Below, piece after piece: positions 1-9,036 of a DNA stretch of 32,000 nt. Source of the stretch: Candidatus Electronema halotolerans. Lineage in GTDB: Bacteria > Desulfobacterota > Desulfobulbia > Desulfobulbales > Desulfobulbaceae. The DNA lies in contig OW818675.1 in assembly GCA_942493095.1 (NCBI GenBank), positions 1,590,001 through 1,622,000 on the forward strand, given 5' to 3'. Positions within the stretch are counted from its first letter, which is position 1; each line of letters begins with the position of its first letter. A model generated the notes under the pieces. The model ran no database searches. It worked only from the letters and a program-made list of their open reading frames with translations, and had not been told where the DNA came from. The position numbers were made by a program, and so were the translations under genes.

Positions 1-12
1 TGAAATTCAGTG

Positions 13-363
13 TCATTTTGCTTTCAGCTTTTTGCATATTGCGGTAAGGATGGCGGTCAGTTCATTGCATTCCTGTTTTAATCCGTCGAGTTGGGTGGAT
101 TCTATCAGTTCAGCTTCTTCAATCAGTTCGAGCCAGTACAGGCTTTCGTGCGCTTCTTTCACAGCAATGCTGTATTTGGTCAGAAAGTCGGCCTTGCTTT
201 GCGCGCCTTCTCCTTCGGCGATATTTGCCCCGATTGATGTTCCAGAGCGAAGCAGTTGTCTGCCAAGTGTTTTGTTGATTCCCGGTTTTTGATCAAGGAC
301 TTGACAGAGTTTTACAATTCGCAGGGCAAATTTCTTTGATCGGTCTGGTAAATCACGTTTCAT
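13..363 (-). CDS. four-helix-bundle protein (formerly called 23S rRNA intervening-sequence protein family)
   Basis: 116-aa ORF with ATG at 361-363. The all-helical sequence carries the SIGANIAEG and KEAxESLYWLEL motifs I associate with this family. It lies 53 bp downstream of hsdS, a frequent context for these genes, and has visibly lower GC than the core genes. Confidence 0.8.
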   Translation of the reverse strand: MKRDLPDRSKKFALRIVKLCQVLDQKPGINKTLGRQLLRSGTSIGANIAEGEGAQSKADFLTKYSIAVKEAHESLYWLELIEEAELIESTQLDGLKQECNELTAILTAICKKLKAK

Positions 364-380
364 AATTTCATCATTTATTC

Positions 381-428
381 TTTACCCTTCACACTTTACC
401 CTTCACCTTTCAAACTTCAACCTTCACC
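381..428. repeat. short direct repeats of the CTTCAC(C) motif between hsdS and the four-helix-bundle gene
   Basis: Read directly: TTTACCCTTCAC occurs at 381-392 and again at 395-406, followed by CTTCAAC-CTTCACC at 415-428. The last units overlap the hsdS stop codon and C-terminus (GEG*). Confidence 0.7.
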
Positions 429-1697
429 TTTTGGAATGCGCAGTTCGCCGGAGAGGAGTTTTGGGAGCAGGGTGTCGCGGAGGGTTGCAAGTGTTTTGTT
501 TGAGAAGCAATTTAATGAAATTTTATCAAAGTAACTTGTCCCAATCTGCAAAAAACAATTCATAATTTTTTGTGAAGGCAGCAATATACTTGCCTCATTG
601 ACATTTCCTTTATTGATATGCTGTTGCGCTCCGCCAGTTTGAGATGAAATAATTCCCTCTATATTGTTTGTTATCCAAAGATAGACGAACTCATTTGGAA
701 GTTCTTCTTTTCCAAGAATTCCAACAACTGATTGATTAGCACAACATTCAATTTCGTTCAGACTAACCTGACCGAGAGTTGCTCCTGTTATGGCCAGAAG
801 AGTTGTTCTTTTTGGTAAAAGTTTTGTCGCAGATTTTCGGACTGCTTCCTCAGTAATCAATTCTGAAGGTTCAATAACTCTAAATTCATTAACCTTACCT
901 GAATTTATCCAAGGAATGCTTCCATTATTCCAAAACTCCTTATTTTTACGTGCAGGAGTTCCACCAAGGATAGTTTCTAATTCATCACCAATTTTTGTAA
1001 TCTCCCACCCCTTGGGAACCCACCCCATTTCATCGCTGTAAACAAACTCATCAGGGAAAAGAGCGCGGATTTCAGCAGGAAGCGGCTTGCGCTTGTCGCC
1101 CAATGCAGCACGAGCAGCAGCACGTCCAGCAATCTCCTCCGGCACTTCCTTGCCGCTGGCAATGGCATTGTCAATCACCGGGTCAAAATCAACAAACCAG
1201 CTTTTGAACAATGCCTGCGCCATCGCCTCCAAGGTTTCATTCATCCGCCGGTTTAACTCGATTCGGTCATCAAGAGAACCAAGAATATGGGCAATGGCTT
1301 TTTGTTCTGAGAGTGGAGGAACTTTAATTTCTATCGGATGGATAAAGTTTCGATTCAAAGACGGTTGAGCACTGCCAGAATTAAATCTGGTAAAATCTAT
1401 TGATTTTAAAAGATAATATGCAAACTTCGGATAATTACCATGAAACTCGTTCACGTAGAGGGCAGTATTCAACGGCCAATAATCAATTGGCGAGTATGAA
1501 ACCACCCCAATAGATCCACCACTGCGACCAATTGTTACACCTGGTCCAGTGGCCTTGCTTTCGTTATGCCATCCTGTAATCCCAAAGGAGCCTAATATTG
1601 GTACCTTTCCTATAGTTCTTTTGCCTTCAGGTAAATCATGTCCTCTTTGTAAGGTCACAAATTCACCAAGCGTTTTGTCCTTCCACTCATTCCCCAT
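417..1697 (-). CDS. hsdS: type I restriction-modification specificity subunit HsdS
   Basis: 426 aa with ATG at 1695-1697 and GGAGG 9 nt upstream. It has two target-recognition domains separated by the conserved helical spacer (LSEQKAIAHILGSLDDRIELNRRMNETLEAMAQALFKSWFVDFDPV). The second conserved helix is at the C-terminus (LATLRDTLLPKLLSGELRIP). Confidence 0.9.
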   Translation of the reverse strand: MGNEWKDKTLGEFVTLQRGHDLPEGKRTIGKVPILGSFGITGWHNESKATGPGVTIGRSGGSIGVVSYSPIDYWPLNTALYVNEFHGNYPKFAYYLLKSIDFTRFNSGSAQPSLNRNFIHPIEIKVPPLSEQKAIAHILGSLDDRIELNRRMNETLEAMAQALFKSWFVDFDPVIDNAIASGKEVPEEIAGRAAARAALGDKRKPLPAEIRALFPDEFVYSDEMGWVPKGWEITKIGDELETILGGTPARKNKEFWNNGSIPWINSGKVNEFRVIEPSELITEEAVRKSATKLLPKRTTLLAITGATLGQVSLNEIECCANQSVVGILGKEELPNEFVYLWITNNIEGIISSQTGGAQQHINKGNVNEASILLPSQKIMNCFLQIGTSYFDKISLNCFSNKTLATLRDTLLPKLLSGELRIPKGEG

Positions 1698-1791
1698 AAC
1701 CCAGCACCTCCAAATTCCTCAGAATCACCGAATCAAACTCCGCCGCACCCCACATAACACCTCGGCATGAGAGGTAATATATCCCCCCAAT

Positions 1792-1826
1792 CTTCACCCT
1801 TCACCCTTAACCCTTCCCACTTCACC
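1792..1826. repeat. tandem heptanucleotide array (CTTCACC)x5
   Basis: Read directly: CTTCACC CTTCACC CTTAACC CTTCCCA CTTCACC. It lies in the sbcC-hsdS intergenic region, and the last unit overlaps the sbcC stop codon (1822-1824). Confidence 0.75.
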
Positions 1827-4800
1827 CACCCCTCACTCCCGGCCCTCTGATCAAGCTCCGCCCGCCCGCTTTAGGCAGCACCTCAATTCGACAAGCAATC
1901 CGCTCCTTGAGCGCAGCAACATGCGAAATCACCCCGATCAGCCGCCCTTCGCGGCGCAGCTCGGCCAGACTTTCCAAGGCCGTGTCCAAGGCTGCATCAT
2001 CCAAGGTGCCAAAGCCTTCATCAAGAAAAAGCGACTCCACCTTGCCGCCTGCCATGCCGGACAATCCAAGAGCCAAGGCCAGACTGACGACAAAGCTCTC
2101 GCCGCCGGAAAGATTTTTGGCAGAACGGATTTCATCGGCCTGCCAGCGGTCGGTCACGTTCAGCTCCAAGGGCTGGCCCAGATCGCGCACCAGCCGGTAG
2201 CGGTCGCTCATCCGGGCCAATTGCCGGTTGGCCTGCACCACCATCTGCTCAAAGGTCAAACCTTGGGCAAAGTTGCGGTACTTTTTGCCGTCCGCCGAGC
2301 CGATCAGCTCGTCAAGCTGCCGCCAGCGCAGATATTCCCGGCTCTGCCCTGCCAGCTTGCCCAGCAGCTCAGTCTGCTCGCCGCGCCGCTGCGTATTCAC
2401 GTTCAGCCGATCCCGCATCGAGCCAATCAGCTCGACCGTTTCCCGGTGCTGCTTATGCAGTTCATCCTGGGCCTGCCGGAGCTGCTCCGGCTCCTGACCT
2501 GCGGCAAGCTGGGCCTGCTCCTCTGCGGCAAGGCGGTCTTGCCGATCTTTCTGCCGAGTTTGCAATTCCTCCTCCCGGCGGCACAGCGCATCTGCCTGCT
2601 GACGGAGCGCCTTCCGTTCCTGCTCCGGCAGCCGGGCCGCCAGCCAGTCTGTTTCAGCAGCAAAACTGCTCTCATGCAGCCGCTTGGCAAAGACCGCCTC
2701 TTGTAGCTGAAGCGGCTCTGTTCTCTCCGCAGCCGCCGTCTCCCGGCTTTTGATCAGCGTGTGCTGCTGGGCAAGCTGATCAGCAGCCTGCTGCCGCTGT
2801 TCCTGCACCTGCTGCATGGCCAGTTCCGCTGCTTTGACCGCAGCCGCCAGCCGCTTTTCTTCGGCATCCGGCACCTTGTCCGCAAACAGAGCCACCCGGT
2901 CAGCAGCCATGCGCTCCAGGTCTTGAGCTAGCTCCTTGTTCAGACGCTCTGCTGTTTCCAACTGTCCTGTCCGCGAGTCAATGCCTGCCCGCAGCACTTT
3001 CAGATCAGTTTGCAGGGCGGCAAGCTGCTGCTCCGCTGCTTGGCATTTGTCCTGATGATCCTGCCACGCCTTCTTGCGCACAGTCAGCGCAGCAGCCAGC
3101 TTGTCGAATTCAGCAGTAATGCCATAAACCGCTGTATCGCGCAAGACCTGCTCCTGTTGTTCCGTCAGTTCCTGCGTCAGTTCTCTTTGCTGATCAACAA
3201 TCCGCTGCTGCTCCGCCTCGGCCTTGTCCTGCGCAGCCGCAGCCTTGTCCCGTTCCTGAGCAACTAAGGAATGCCCTGCCTGCTGCTGCTCCAAGGTTTT
3301 GCCAAGCTGGCTGATTTGCTCTACAGCTTCCTCAGCGGTCTGAACAAGCTGCTGGTTCTCTTGCAGCCGCTCATCAATTGCTGTCAACGCAACCTGCTCA
3401 GGTGCAAGAGACAGCTGCTTGCAGAGGCAATCAGCCTGCTCTTTGACCTCCTGCGCCGCATTGCTTTTTTCTTTCCAACGATCAGCAAGATGAGCAGCTT
3501 GCTGCTCCAAGCGGGCCTGTTCCTTGCCTGCCTTGTTGAGGGAATCCTCAGCCTGCCGCAGAGCCGCCCCTGCTGCCTTGGCTGCCTGCTCGGCCTCATC
3601 CAAGAGCGGCAGATTGCCTTGCGCATAAGGATGCTCCAGCGCGCCGCAAAGCGGACAGGGCTTGTCATCCTGAAGCCGCGCCCGCTCCTCTTCCAAGCTG
3701 CGAACCCTGCTGGCAAAGGCAGCCACAGCCCGCTGCTTCTCCTCCTCCAGCCGGGCTGAGTCCCGCTGCTGGCGCAAGGTGTCGAGCTGGGCCGACAACT
3801 CCATCTTGTCCGCAGCGTTTTGCTCCTGCTGCTGGCGCAACTTCGTCAGTCCGTCAGTCAGCTTCTCCTGCTGCTCAAGCAATTTTGTCAGTTGTGACAA
3901 GGCATTCTGTTCATCGCGCAAGTCAGCTGTGCGACGGCCTTGCAGGAGCTGGGCCAGCTTTTCTTCCGCTGCTGCCCGTGCTTCCTTGGTCTCGGCCAGC
4001 AACTGCTCTGCGGCAGCGCAACGAGCCGCCTTGTCCTGCCAAAGCTGCTTGCTGGCCATGAGCTGCCTGTCTGCGGCAAGGCTGTCTTTGCTCATTTTCT
4101 CCAGCCGCTTGCGTAAGGAAGCAACCTGCTCCACTTGCCGACAAATACCGGTCAGCTCAGTGAGCAAACCCTTGTCCGCCTGATGCTCGGCCAGATAGGC
4201 TGCACTCTGCTCTTGCTGGGTCTGCAAAACACGGCTCTGCTGCTCCAGCAGTTGACATTTCTGCACATCAGCAGCATTGTTCTGCCGCAGTTCAGCACAG
4301 GCCGCCTCCTGTTTCTGCAAGGCTGTCTGTTTCTCCTGAATACGGAAATCCAGCTCCCGCACCTGCCGAAGCAGCAGACTGCCCTGCTCCTGTTCAGTCT
4401 TGCTCTTGGTCAGCAGAGCCGCATTCTGATGCAGCAGCTCCCCTGCCACCTTGAGCGCAGCTTCCAGCTCCGGCAGCGTGCCGCGCAAGTCCGCTGCCGC
4501 CTGCACGTCCTTGTTCTGCTGCTCACGCAGGGCAGCCAAGGCGGCATAATCCCCTTCCAAGGCCAAAGCCTGCTCGGCCCGCGCCAGCCGCTCCGCTACA
4601 GGAGCAAAGTTCTGCCGCTCTGCTGCCAGCCCAGCTTGCTCGATGCTGATCTTGGCCAGCTCCTGCCGCAGGGCCGCGATTTTTTTCAACCAAGCCAAGG
4701 CCGCCGCAAGCTGTTCTGCTTCAGACTTGAGCTTGGCCTCTTCTTGGTTGAGATCAGCCAATTTCTGCTGCAACTCGCTCTCTTCTTCCGCCGTCAGCAA

Positions 4801-5418
4801 CCGCAGGGCATCAGCCTGCTCTTGCAGCCGCTGCTGGGCCTCCTTTTCCGCCTTGCAGCGTTCATGCACCCGGATGGAAATGCGGCTGTACAGCTCGGTG
4901 CCAGTGATCTGCTCCAGAATCGGAGCGCGCTTGTCAGGCGGGGCTTGGAGAAAGGCATCAAATCTGCCCTGCGCCAGCAGCATGGAGCGGGTGAAGCGTT
5001 CCGCATCCATGCCGGTCAGCTCCTCGATCTGAGCTTCAACATCTTTGATTTTTTCGGCAAGAATCTGGCCGTCCAAGCGGGCCAGCTCCCGTTTTGCGGC
5101 CCGAAGCCGACCAGTCCGGCTGCGGTGCTGATGCCACGAGCAGCGGAAGCCGCCTTGTTCTGCGACAAAATCGACTTCCGCAAAGCAGCTGTCTCGCTGC
5201 CGGGACATGATCTCGTTGCTGCTCTGGGTGATTTTGCCAAGGCGGGGTGTGGAGCCGTACAGGGCCAGACAGAGCGCGTCAAGAATGGTGGTCTTGCCTG
5301 CGCCGGTCGGGCCAGTAATGGCAAAGATGCCGTCAGCAAAGGCTGGGTCGGTGAAATCCAGCTCCCAGCTCCCGGTCAGGGAATTGAGGTTGCTCAGACG
5401 AAGTTTGAGAATGCGCAT
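1822..5418 (-). CDS. sbcC: exonuclease SbcC (SMC-like ATPase of the SbcCD nuclease)
   Basis: 1198 aa. The N-terminus MRILKLRLSNLNSLTGSWELDF...FAITGPTGAGKTTILDALCLALYG closely parallels E. coli SbcC, including the Walker A motif. It has a long Q/A/E/L coiled coil and a central CPLCG zinc hook (DDKPCPLCGALEHPY). The C-terminus carries the LSGGESF signature and the Walker B motif LFLDEGFGTLD. Confidence 0.92.
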   Translation of the reverse strand: MRILKLRLSNLNSLTGSWELDFTDPAFADGIFAITGPTGAGKTTILDALCLALYGSTPRLGKITQSSNEIMSRQRDSCFAEVDFVAEQGGFRCSWHQHRSRTGRLRAAKRELARLDGQILAEKIKDVEAQIEELTGMDAERFTRSMLLAQGRFDAFLQAPPDKRAPILEQITGTELYSRISIRVHERCKAEKEAQQRLQEQADALRLLTAEEESELQQKLADLNQEEAKLKSEAEQLAAALAWLKKIAALRQELAKISIEQAGLAAERQNFAPVAERLARAEQALALEGDYAALAALREQQNKDVQAAADLRGTLPELEAALKVAGELLHQNAALLTKSKTEQEQGSLLLRQVRELDFRIQEKQTALQKQEAACAELRQNNAADVQKCQLLEQQSRVLQTQQEQSAAYLAEHQADKGLLTELTGICRQVEQVASLRKRLEKMSKDSLAADRQLMASKQLWQDKAARCAAAEQLLAETKEARAAAEEKLAQLLQGRRTADLRDEQNALSQLTKLLEQQEKLTDGLTKLRQQQEQNAADKMELSAQLDTLRQQRDSARLEEEKQRAVAAFASRVRSLEEERARLQDDKPCPLCGALEHPYAQGNLPLLDEAEQAAKAAGAALRQAEDSLNKAGKEQARLEQQAAHLADRWKEKSNAAQEVKEQADCLCKQLSLAPEQVALTAIDERLQENQQLVQTAEEAVEQISQLGKTLEQQQAGHSLVAQERDKAAAAQDKAEAEQQRIVDQQRELTQELTEQQEQVLRDTAVYGITAEFDKLAAALTVRKKAWQDHQDKCQAAEQQLAALQTDLKVLRAGIDSRTGQLETAERLNKELAQDLERMAADRVALFADKVPDAEEKRLAAAVKAAELAMQQVQEQRQQAADQLAQQHTLIKSRETAAAERTEPLQLQEAVFAKRLHESSFAAETDWLAARLPEQERKALRQQADALCRREEELQTRQKDRQDRLAAEEQAQLAAGQEPEQLRQAQDELHKQHRETVELIGSMRDRLNVNTQRRGEQTELLGKLAGQSREYLRWRQLDELIGSADGKKYRNFAQGLTFEQMVVQANRQLARMSDRYRLVRDLGQPLELNVTDRWQADEIRSAKNLSGGESFVVSLALALGLSGMAGGKVESLFLDEGFGTLDDAALDTALESLAELRREGRLIGVISHVAALKERIACRIEVLPKAGGRSLIRGPGVRGG

Positions 5419-5460
5419 CAGTTTTCTGTCTGTAAATTCATGTTCATGCGTCAGAGGAAT

Positions 5461-8400
5461 TTACCGCCGCACCGCCCGCTTAACCCGCACCGGATCCGGC
5501 GGCTGCGGCAGAATCCGCACTGGCTCCTTTTTCAGCAAATCAAGCGCGATATCCACTGCCTTTTCCAACTGCGGGTCATGGCCCTGATTGACTGCGGCAG
5601 GCTCCTGCTCAACGACAAAATCCGGCTCCACGCCCTTGTTCTCCACATCCCATTCCCCCTGCAAGTTGTAAAAACCGCCTCTTGGCACGGCCAGATAGCC
5701 GCCGTCCATCAAGGGCGGCACATCCCAGATACCAACTAAGCCGCCCCAAGTGCGGGTGCCGACCAAGGGGCCGATTTTTTTCAAGCGGAACATGTATGGC
5801 AGTATGTCACCGCCCGAACCGGCGGCCTCGTTGATGAGCATCACCTTTGGTCCCCAGATGCCTGCGTTCGGCACAGTGAAGGGCTGATGCTCACCAGCCG
5901 CGTTATTGAAAAAGCCGAGCAGCTCGCGGCCCAAGAGATCAACAATGTAGTCAGGGATCATGCCGCCCTGATTGAAGCGTTCGTCAATAATCGCTCCCTG
6001 CTTGTCCTGCTGGGCAAAATAGTAGCGGTTGAAAAAGTTGTAGCCGCCAAAGCCGGTGTCGGGAAGCCAGACGTATGCCAGCCTGCCCCCGGACAGTTCC
6101 TCAACCTTGTTCCGGTTGCCTTCAATCCAGCTTTTGAGCCGCAGGCTGAAATCAGAAAAGGTCGGCACTACCGTCACTTCGCGGCTGCCTTTCATGACCG
6201 GCTTGTCATTCAGAGTCAGCACGGTCTGCTTGTCAGCGGTCTCCTCAAACAGGCTGTACGGATTCATGGAGCTGTCCAATTCCACCCCGTTCACCGCCAA
6301 AAGAAAGTCGCCTTCCTGCACGTCAATGCCCGGCCCGCTCAACGGGGCGCGCAGGCGCGGGTTCCAGTTCTCGCCCTTGTAAATTTTTTCCAAGCGATAC
6401 CTGCCTGCCTGAATGCTGAAGTCCGCGCCCAGCAGGCCGACCGGGGTGTAGTTTGGAAAAGGCAGGTCGCCGCCGCCGGTGAAGGCATGGCCAACCGAGG
6501 TTTCGCCGCCGAGAATGGCAAGAATGTAGTTGAGATCGGCGCGGTGGCGGACATGGGCCACCAAAGGCGCATAAGCGCTGTAGGCCCAGTCCAGATCAAG
6601 GCCATGCACGTTATCGACATAAAAATAATCGCGCTCGAATCGCCAAGCCTCCCGGAATATCTGCCGCCATTCCTGCTTGGGAATCACCTTCATCTGCATG
6701 TCTCTGGTGTTGATGCCGCCCTCGCTCGGTTCGGGCGAGCCATCGGCATCAGCAATAGCCCAGTTGCTCCAGTCCTTGCAATAGAGAATTTTCTTTCGGT
6801 CAGCAGACAAGGCGCAGTTCCAGACATTTTTCAGAAAGTCAACTGGCTCCTTGTCTTTAAGCGTGAAACGGTGCAGAATCAGGCCAATGCTTTTAGACCA
6901 ATCTTGATTTTTGTTCCACTCTGTGTAAAAGATTGTTCCTTCCTTGCCTGCTTTAAGCTGACGGTAATCGCCTTGAGGCAGATCAAGGGCGACAATCCGC
7001 TGATCAATGCCCTGCAAATCTATTTTGACTGCAACCGGTTTTTCCTCCTCTTCCGGCAGGTCTTCCATGCCATTTTCTGATTTCTTTTTCGCTTTGCCAG
7101 ACTTCTTGTCCTTTGTCCCCTTTGCCGTCTTTTTTTCCTTGCTGACCTCCTCCTTTGTATCCTTGGCAGCGTCATTGTCCGGCTTGTTTTCCTCATCACT
7201 TTCCGGCAGCAAGGGGGAAGGCTCATCCGCTGCCAAGACCGCCAAATAAATCGCCCGGCGCACTGGCAGGCGGTCCTGCGAACTCATATCCAACCAGCTG
7301 ACATTGAGACCGAAATTGGTGCTGGCAAGAAAATAGAGATACTTGCCGCTTGCATCCCAGGCCGGGGACAGGCAGTCGGACAGACCGTCCGTGAGCTGGA
7401 AGGACTTGTCCTGCGCAAGGGAATAGAGAAAAATGGCTTTGTACTGATTTTTCAGCCGCTTGACATAGGCGATCCATTGTGAGTCCGGCGACCAGATCGG
7501 GGCAATGACCCGCTGCGGCGCGGTGAAGCCCTCGTTGGCAATCAAACGGACTTGTTCGCTCTTGACATCAAGCAGCCAGAGATTCCGGTCCGCATCGCTG
7601 AAGCTGATCTTCTTCGCATCCGGCGACCAAGCGGGCGTGTAAAAGAAGGTCGGATGCTTGAGCTTGATCTTCCGTTTGTTTTTACCATACTGATCCGCAA
7701 GGACCAGCTGATATTCACCGCCCTCATCTGAAAACCAGCTAATCAGCTTGCCGTCCGGCGACCAGGCCGGGTTGCGGTCAGCCACGCCGGAACTGGCTGT
7801 CAGATTGCGGACATCACCTTTTTCCGCTGGAACCGTGAAGATATCGCCCCGCGCCTCAAAGACCGCCCGCTGGCCGGTTGGCGACAAATCCCACGTTGCG
7901 ATCTGATTGCCGACATATTCCCAGCGGGGCCGGGCCAGCGGGAAATCGCCCTGCACGGTGATGGCCAGCTTTTCCGGCTGGCCGTCTGCCGGATCAAGGA
8001 GATAGAGCCAGCCGCTGTTTTCAAAAATCAGTCTGCCGCCGCCAGCCTCCAGATGCTTGCAGTCAAACTCGCTGAAAAATGTGACCTGCCGGAGTTTTTT
8101 GTCAGACAGACTGTAGGACCAGACATTCATGGTCTGGTCGCGGTCTGAAAGAAAATAGATGCTCTTGTCCAACCAGACCGGGCTGTTGTCATTTGCGCCG
8201 TCCCAAGGCAGCTTGTCAACGGCCAAGGTTTGCAGATCAATGATGCGGATCGGATTGTTCTGGCCGCCCCGGTAGTTGCGCCATTCCGGCTCCCACTGCC
8301 TGATCTTCTGATAGACAAATTTTTTGCCGTCAGGAGAGGAATGGCCTTCCTCAGCTCTGGGCATGGGCAGCGGCTTTGGCAGGCCGCCCTGCAGGCTGAC

Positions 8401-8832
8401 CTGCCAGAACTTGGGATAATCATCCGGCACATTGTCCCGGCCAGAGGTGAAGAGCACAGCTTTGCCGTCCCTGCTCCAGCCGCGCACCTCGTCGTCTGCT
8501 GGATGCCAGGTCAGCCGCTGCGGCTCGCCGCCTTGGGCAGAAACCACATAGACATCAACATTGCCGTCATATTCACCGGAAAAGGCGATCTGGCTGCCGT
8601 CCGGGGAGAAATGCGGCTCTGTCTCTGCCCCGGCAAAGGTGGTGAGCCGACGGGCCGGGCCGCCTTGCAGGCCGCAGAGCCAAATATCATTGGCATAAAC
8701 AAAGGCAATCGCAGACTGGCTGACCGCCGGATTGCGGAGCAGGCGGGCTTCCTCCGCTGCGGCAGGCTGCAATGACAGGACTGAAAACAGGCAGAGCGCG
8801 GCAGAGAGACTGGGGCGTGACCAAGTGAGCAT
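5461..8832 (-). CDS. tricorn protease homologue (S41 family peptidase with beta-propellers and a PDZ domain), secreted
   Basis: 1123 aa with ATG at 8830-8832 and GGAGG 9 nt upstream, plus an N-terminal signal peptide (LSLQPAAAEE). TolB/WD40-like repeats recur (SPDG..IAF, WSPDGK). PDZ-like and C-terminal S41-like regions are present (NEAAGSGGDILPYMF). The opening LLRNPAVSQSAIAFVYANDIWL is typical of tricorn homologues. Confidence 0.85.
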   Translation of the reverse strand: MLTWSRPSLSAALCLFSVLSLQPAAAEEARLLRNPAVSQSAIAFVYANDIWLCGLQGGPARRLTTFAGAETEPHFSPDGSQIAFSGEYDGNVDVYVVSAQGGEPQRLTWHPADDEVRGWSRDGKAVLFTSGRDNVPDDYPKFWQVSLQGGLPKPLPMPRAEEGHSSPDGKKFVYQKIRQWEPEWRNYRGGQNNPIRIIDLQTLAVDKLPWDGANDNSPVWLDKSIYFLSDRDQTMNVWSYSLSDKKLRQVTFFSEFDCKHLEAGGGRLIFENSGWLYLLDPADGQPEKLAITVQGDFPLARPRWEYVGNQIATWDLSPTGQRAVFEARGDIFTVPAEKGDVRNLTASSGVADRNPAWSPDGKLISWFSDEGGEYQLVLADQYGKNKRKIKLKHPTFFYTPAWSPDAKKISFSDADRNLWLLDVKSEQVRLIANEGFTAPQRVIAPIWSPDSQWIAYVKRLKNQYKAIFLYSLAQDKSFQLTDGLSDCLSPAWDASGKYLYFLASTNFGLNVSWLDMSSQDRLPVRRAIYLAVLAADEPSPLLPESDEENKPDNDAAKDTKEEVSKEKKTAKGTKDKKSGKAKKKSENGMEDLPEEEEKPVAVKIDLQGIDQRIVALDLPQGDYRQLKAGKEGTIFYTEWNKNQDWSKSIGLILHRFTLKDKEPVDFLKNVWNCALSADRKKILYCKDWSNWAIADADGSPEPSEGGINTRDMQMKVIPKQEWRQIFREAWRFERDYFYVDNVHGLDLDWAYSAYAPLVAHVRHRADLNYILAILGGETSVGHAFTGGGDLPFPNYTPVGLLGADFSIQAGRYRLEKIYKGENWNPRLRAPLSGPGIDVQEGDFLLAVNGVELDSSMNPYSLFEETADKQTVLTLNDKPVMKGSREVTVVPTFSDFSLRLKSWIEGNRNKVEELSGGRLAYVWLPDTGFGGYNFFNRYYFAQQDKQGAIIDERFNQGGMIPDYIVDLLGRELLGFFNNAAGEHQPFTVPNAGIWGPKVMLINEAAGSGGDILPYMFRLKKIGPLVGTRTWGGLVGIWDVPPLMDGGYLAVPRGGFYNLQGEWDVENKGVEPDFVVEQEPAAVNQGHDPQLEKAVDIALDLLKKEPVRILPQPPDPVRVKRAVRR

Positions 8833-8962
8833 GAGGCGGTTCCTCCGGGTTGATTGCTGCCGCTGAACTGGGTTTGCGGCCTGCTCCTCTTACCACAGAA
8901 GCAGCAGCCTGACAACGCACTTTCTTGCTCTGGCGGCTTTTCGCGGGCCTGATTCAAAAAAT

Positions 8963-8992
8963 TTGACGAATACAGATTCCATCTGCTATAAT
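8963..8992 (+). promoter_or_regulatory. sigma-70-type promoter candidate for the kinase operon
   Basis: TTGACG (8963-8968), an 18-nt spacer, then TATAAT (8987-8992), about 45 bp upstream of the 9037 ATG. It sits in an AT-rich patch of the divergent intergenic region. Confidence 0.45.
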
Positions 8993-9036
8993 TCAAAAAA
9001 TTATACTCATTTTTTCATCTCCTTCATCAAGGTGCA

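Noticed and set aside
381-1826. CTTCACC repeat clusters considered as a CRISPR array
   Set aside because: The units are 7-12 bp and directly abutting, with no spacers. There are far too few of them and they are too short for CRISPR, and no cas genes are present.
4135-5739. 534-aa ORF on the plus strand
   Set aside because: It is entirely antisense to the well-supported sbcC and protease genes. It is Leu/Gln/Arg-rich and low-complexity, as expected for the reverse complement of a GC-rich coiled-coil gene. It has no SD or recognisable motif.
5887-7080. 397-aa ORF on the plus strand
   Set aside because: It is antisense to the tricorn-like protease. Such open frames are typical of high-GC DNA, and I recognise no domain.
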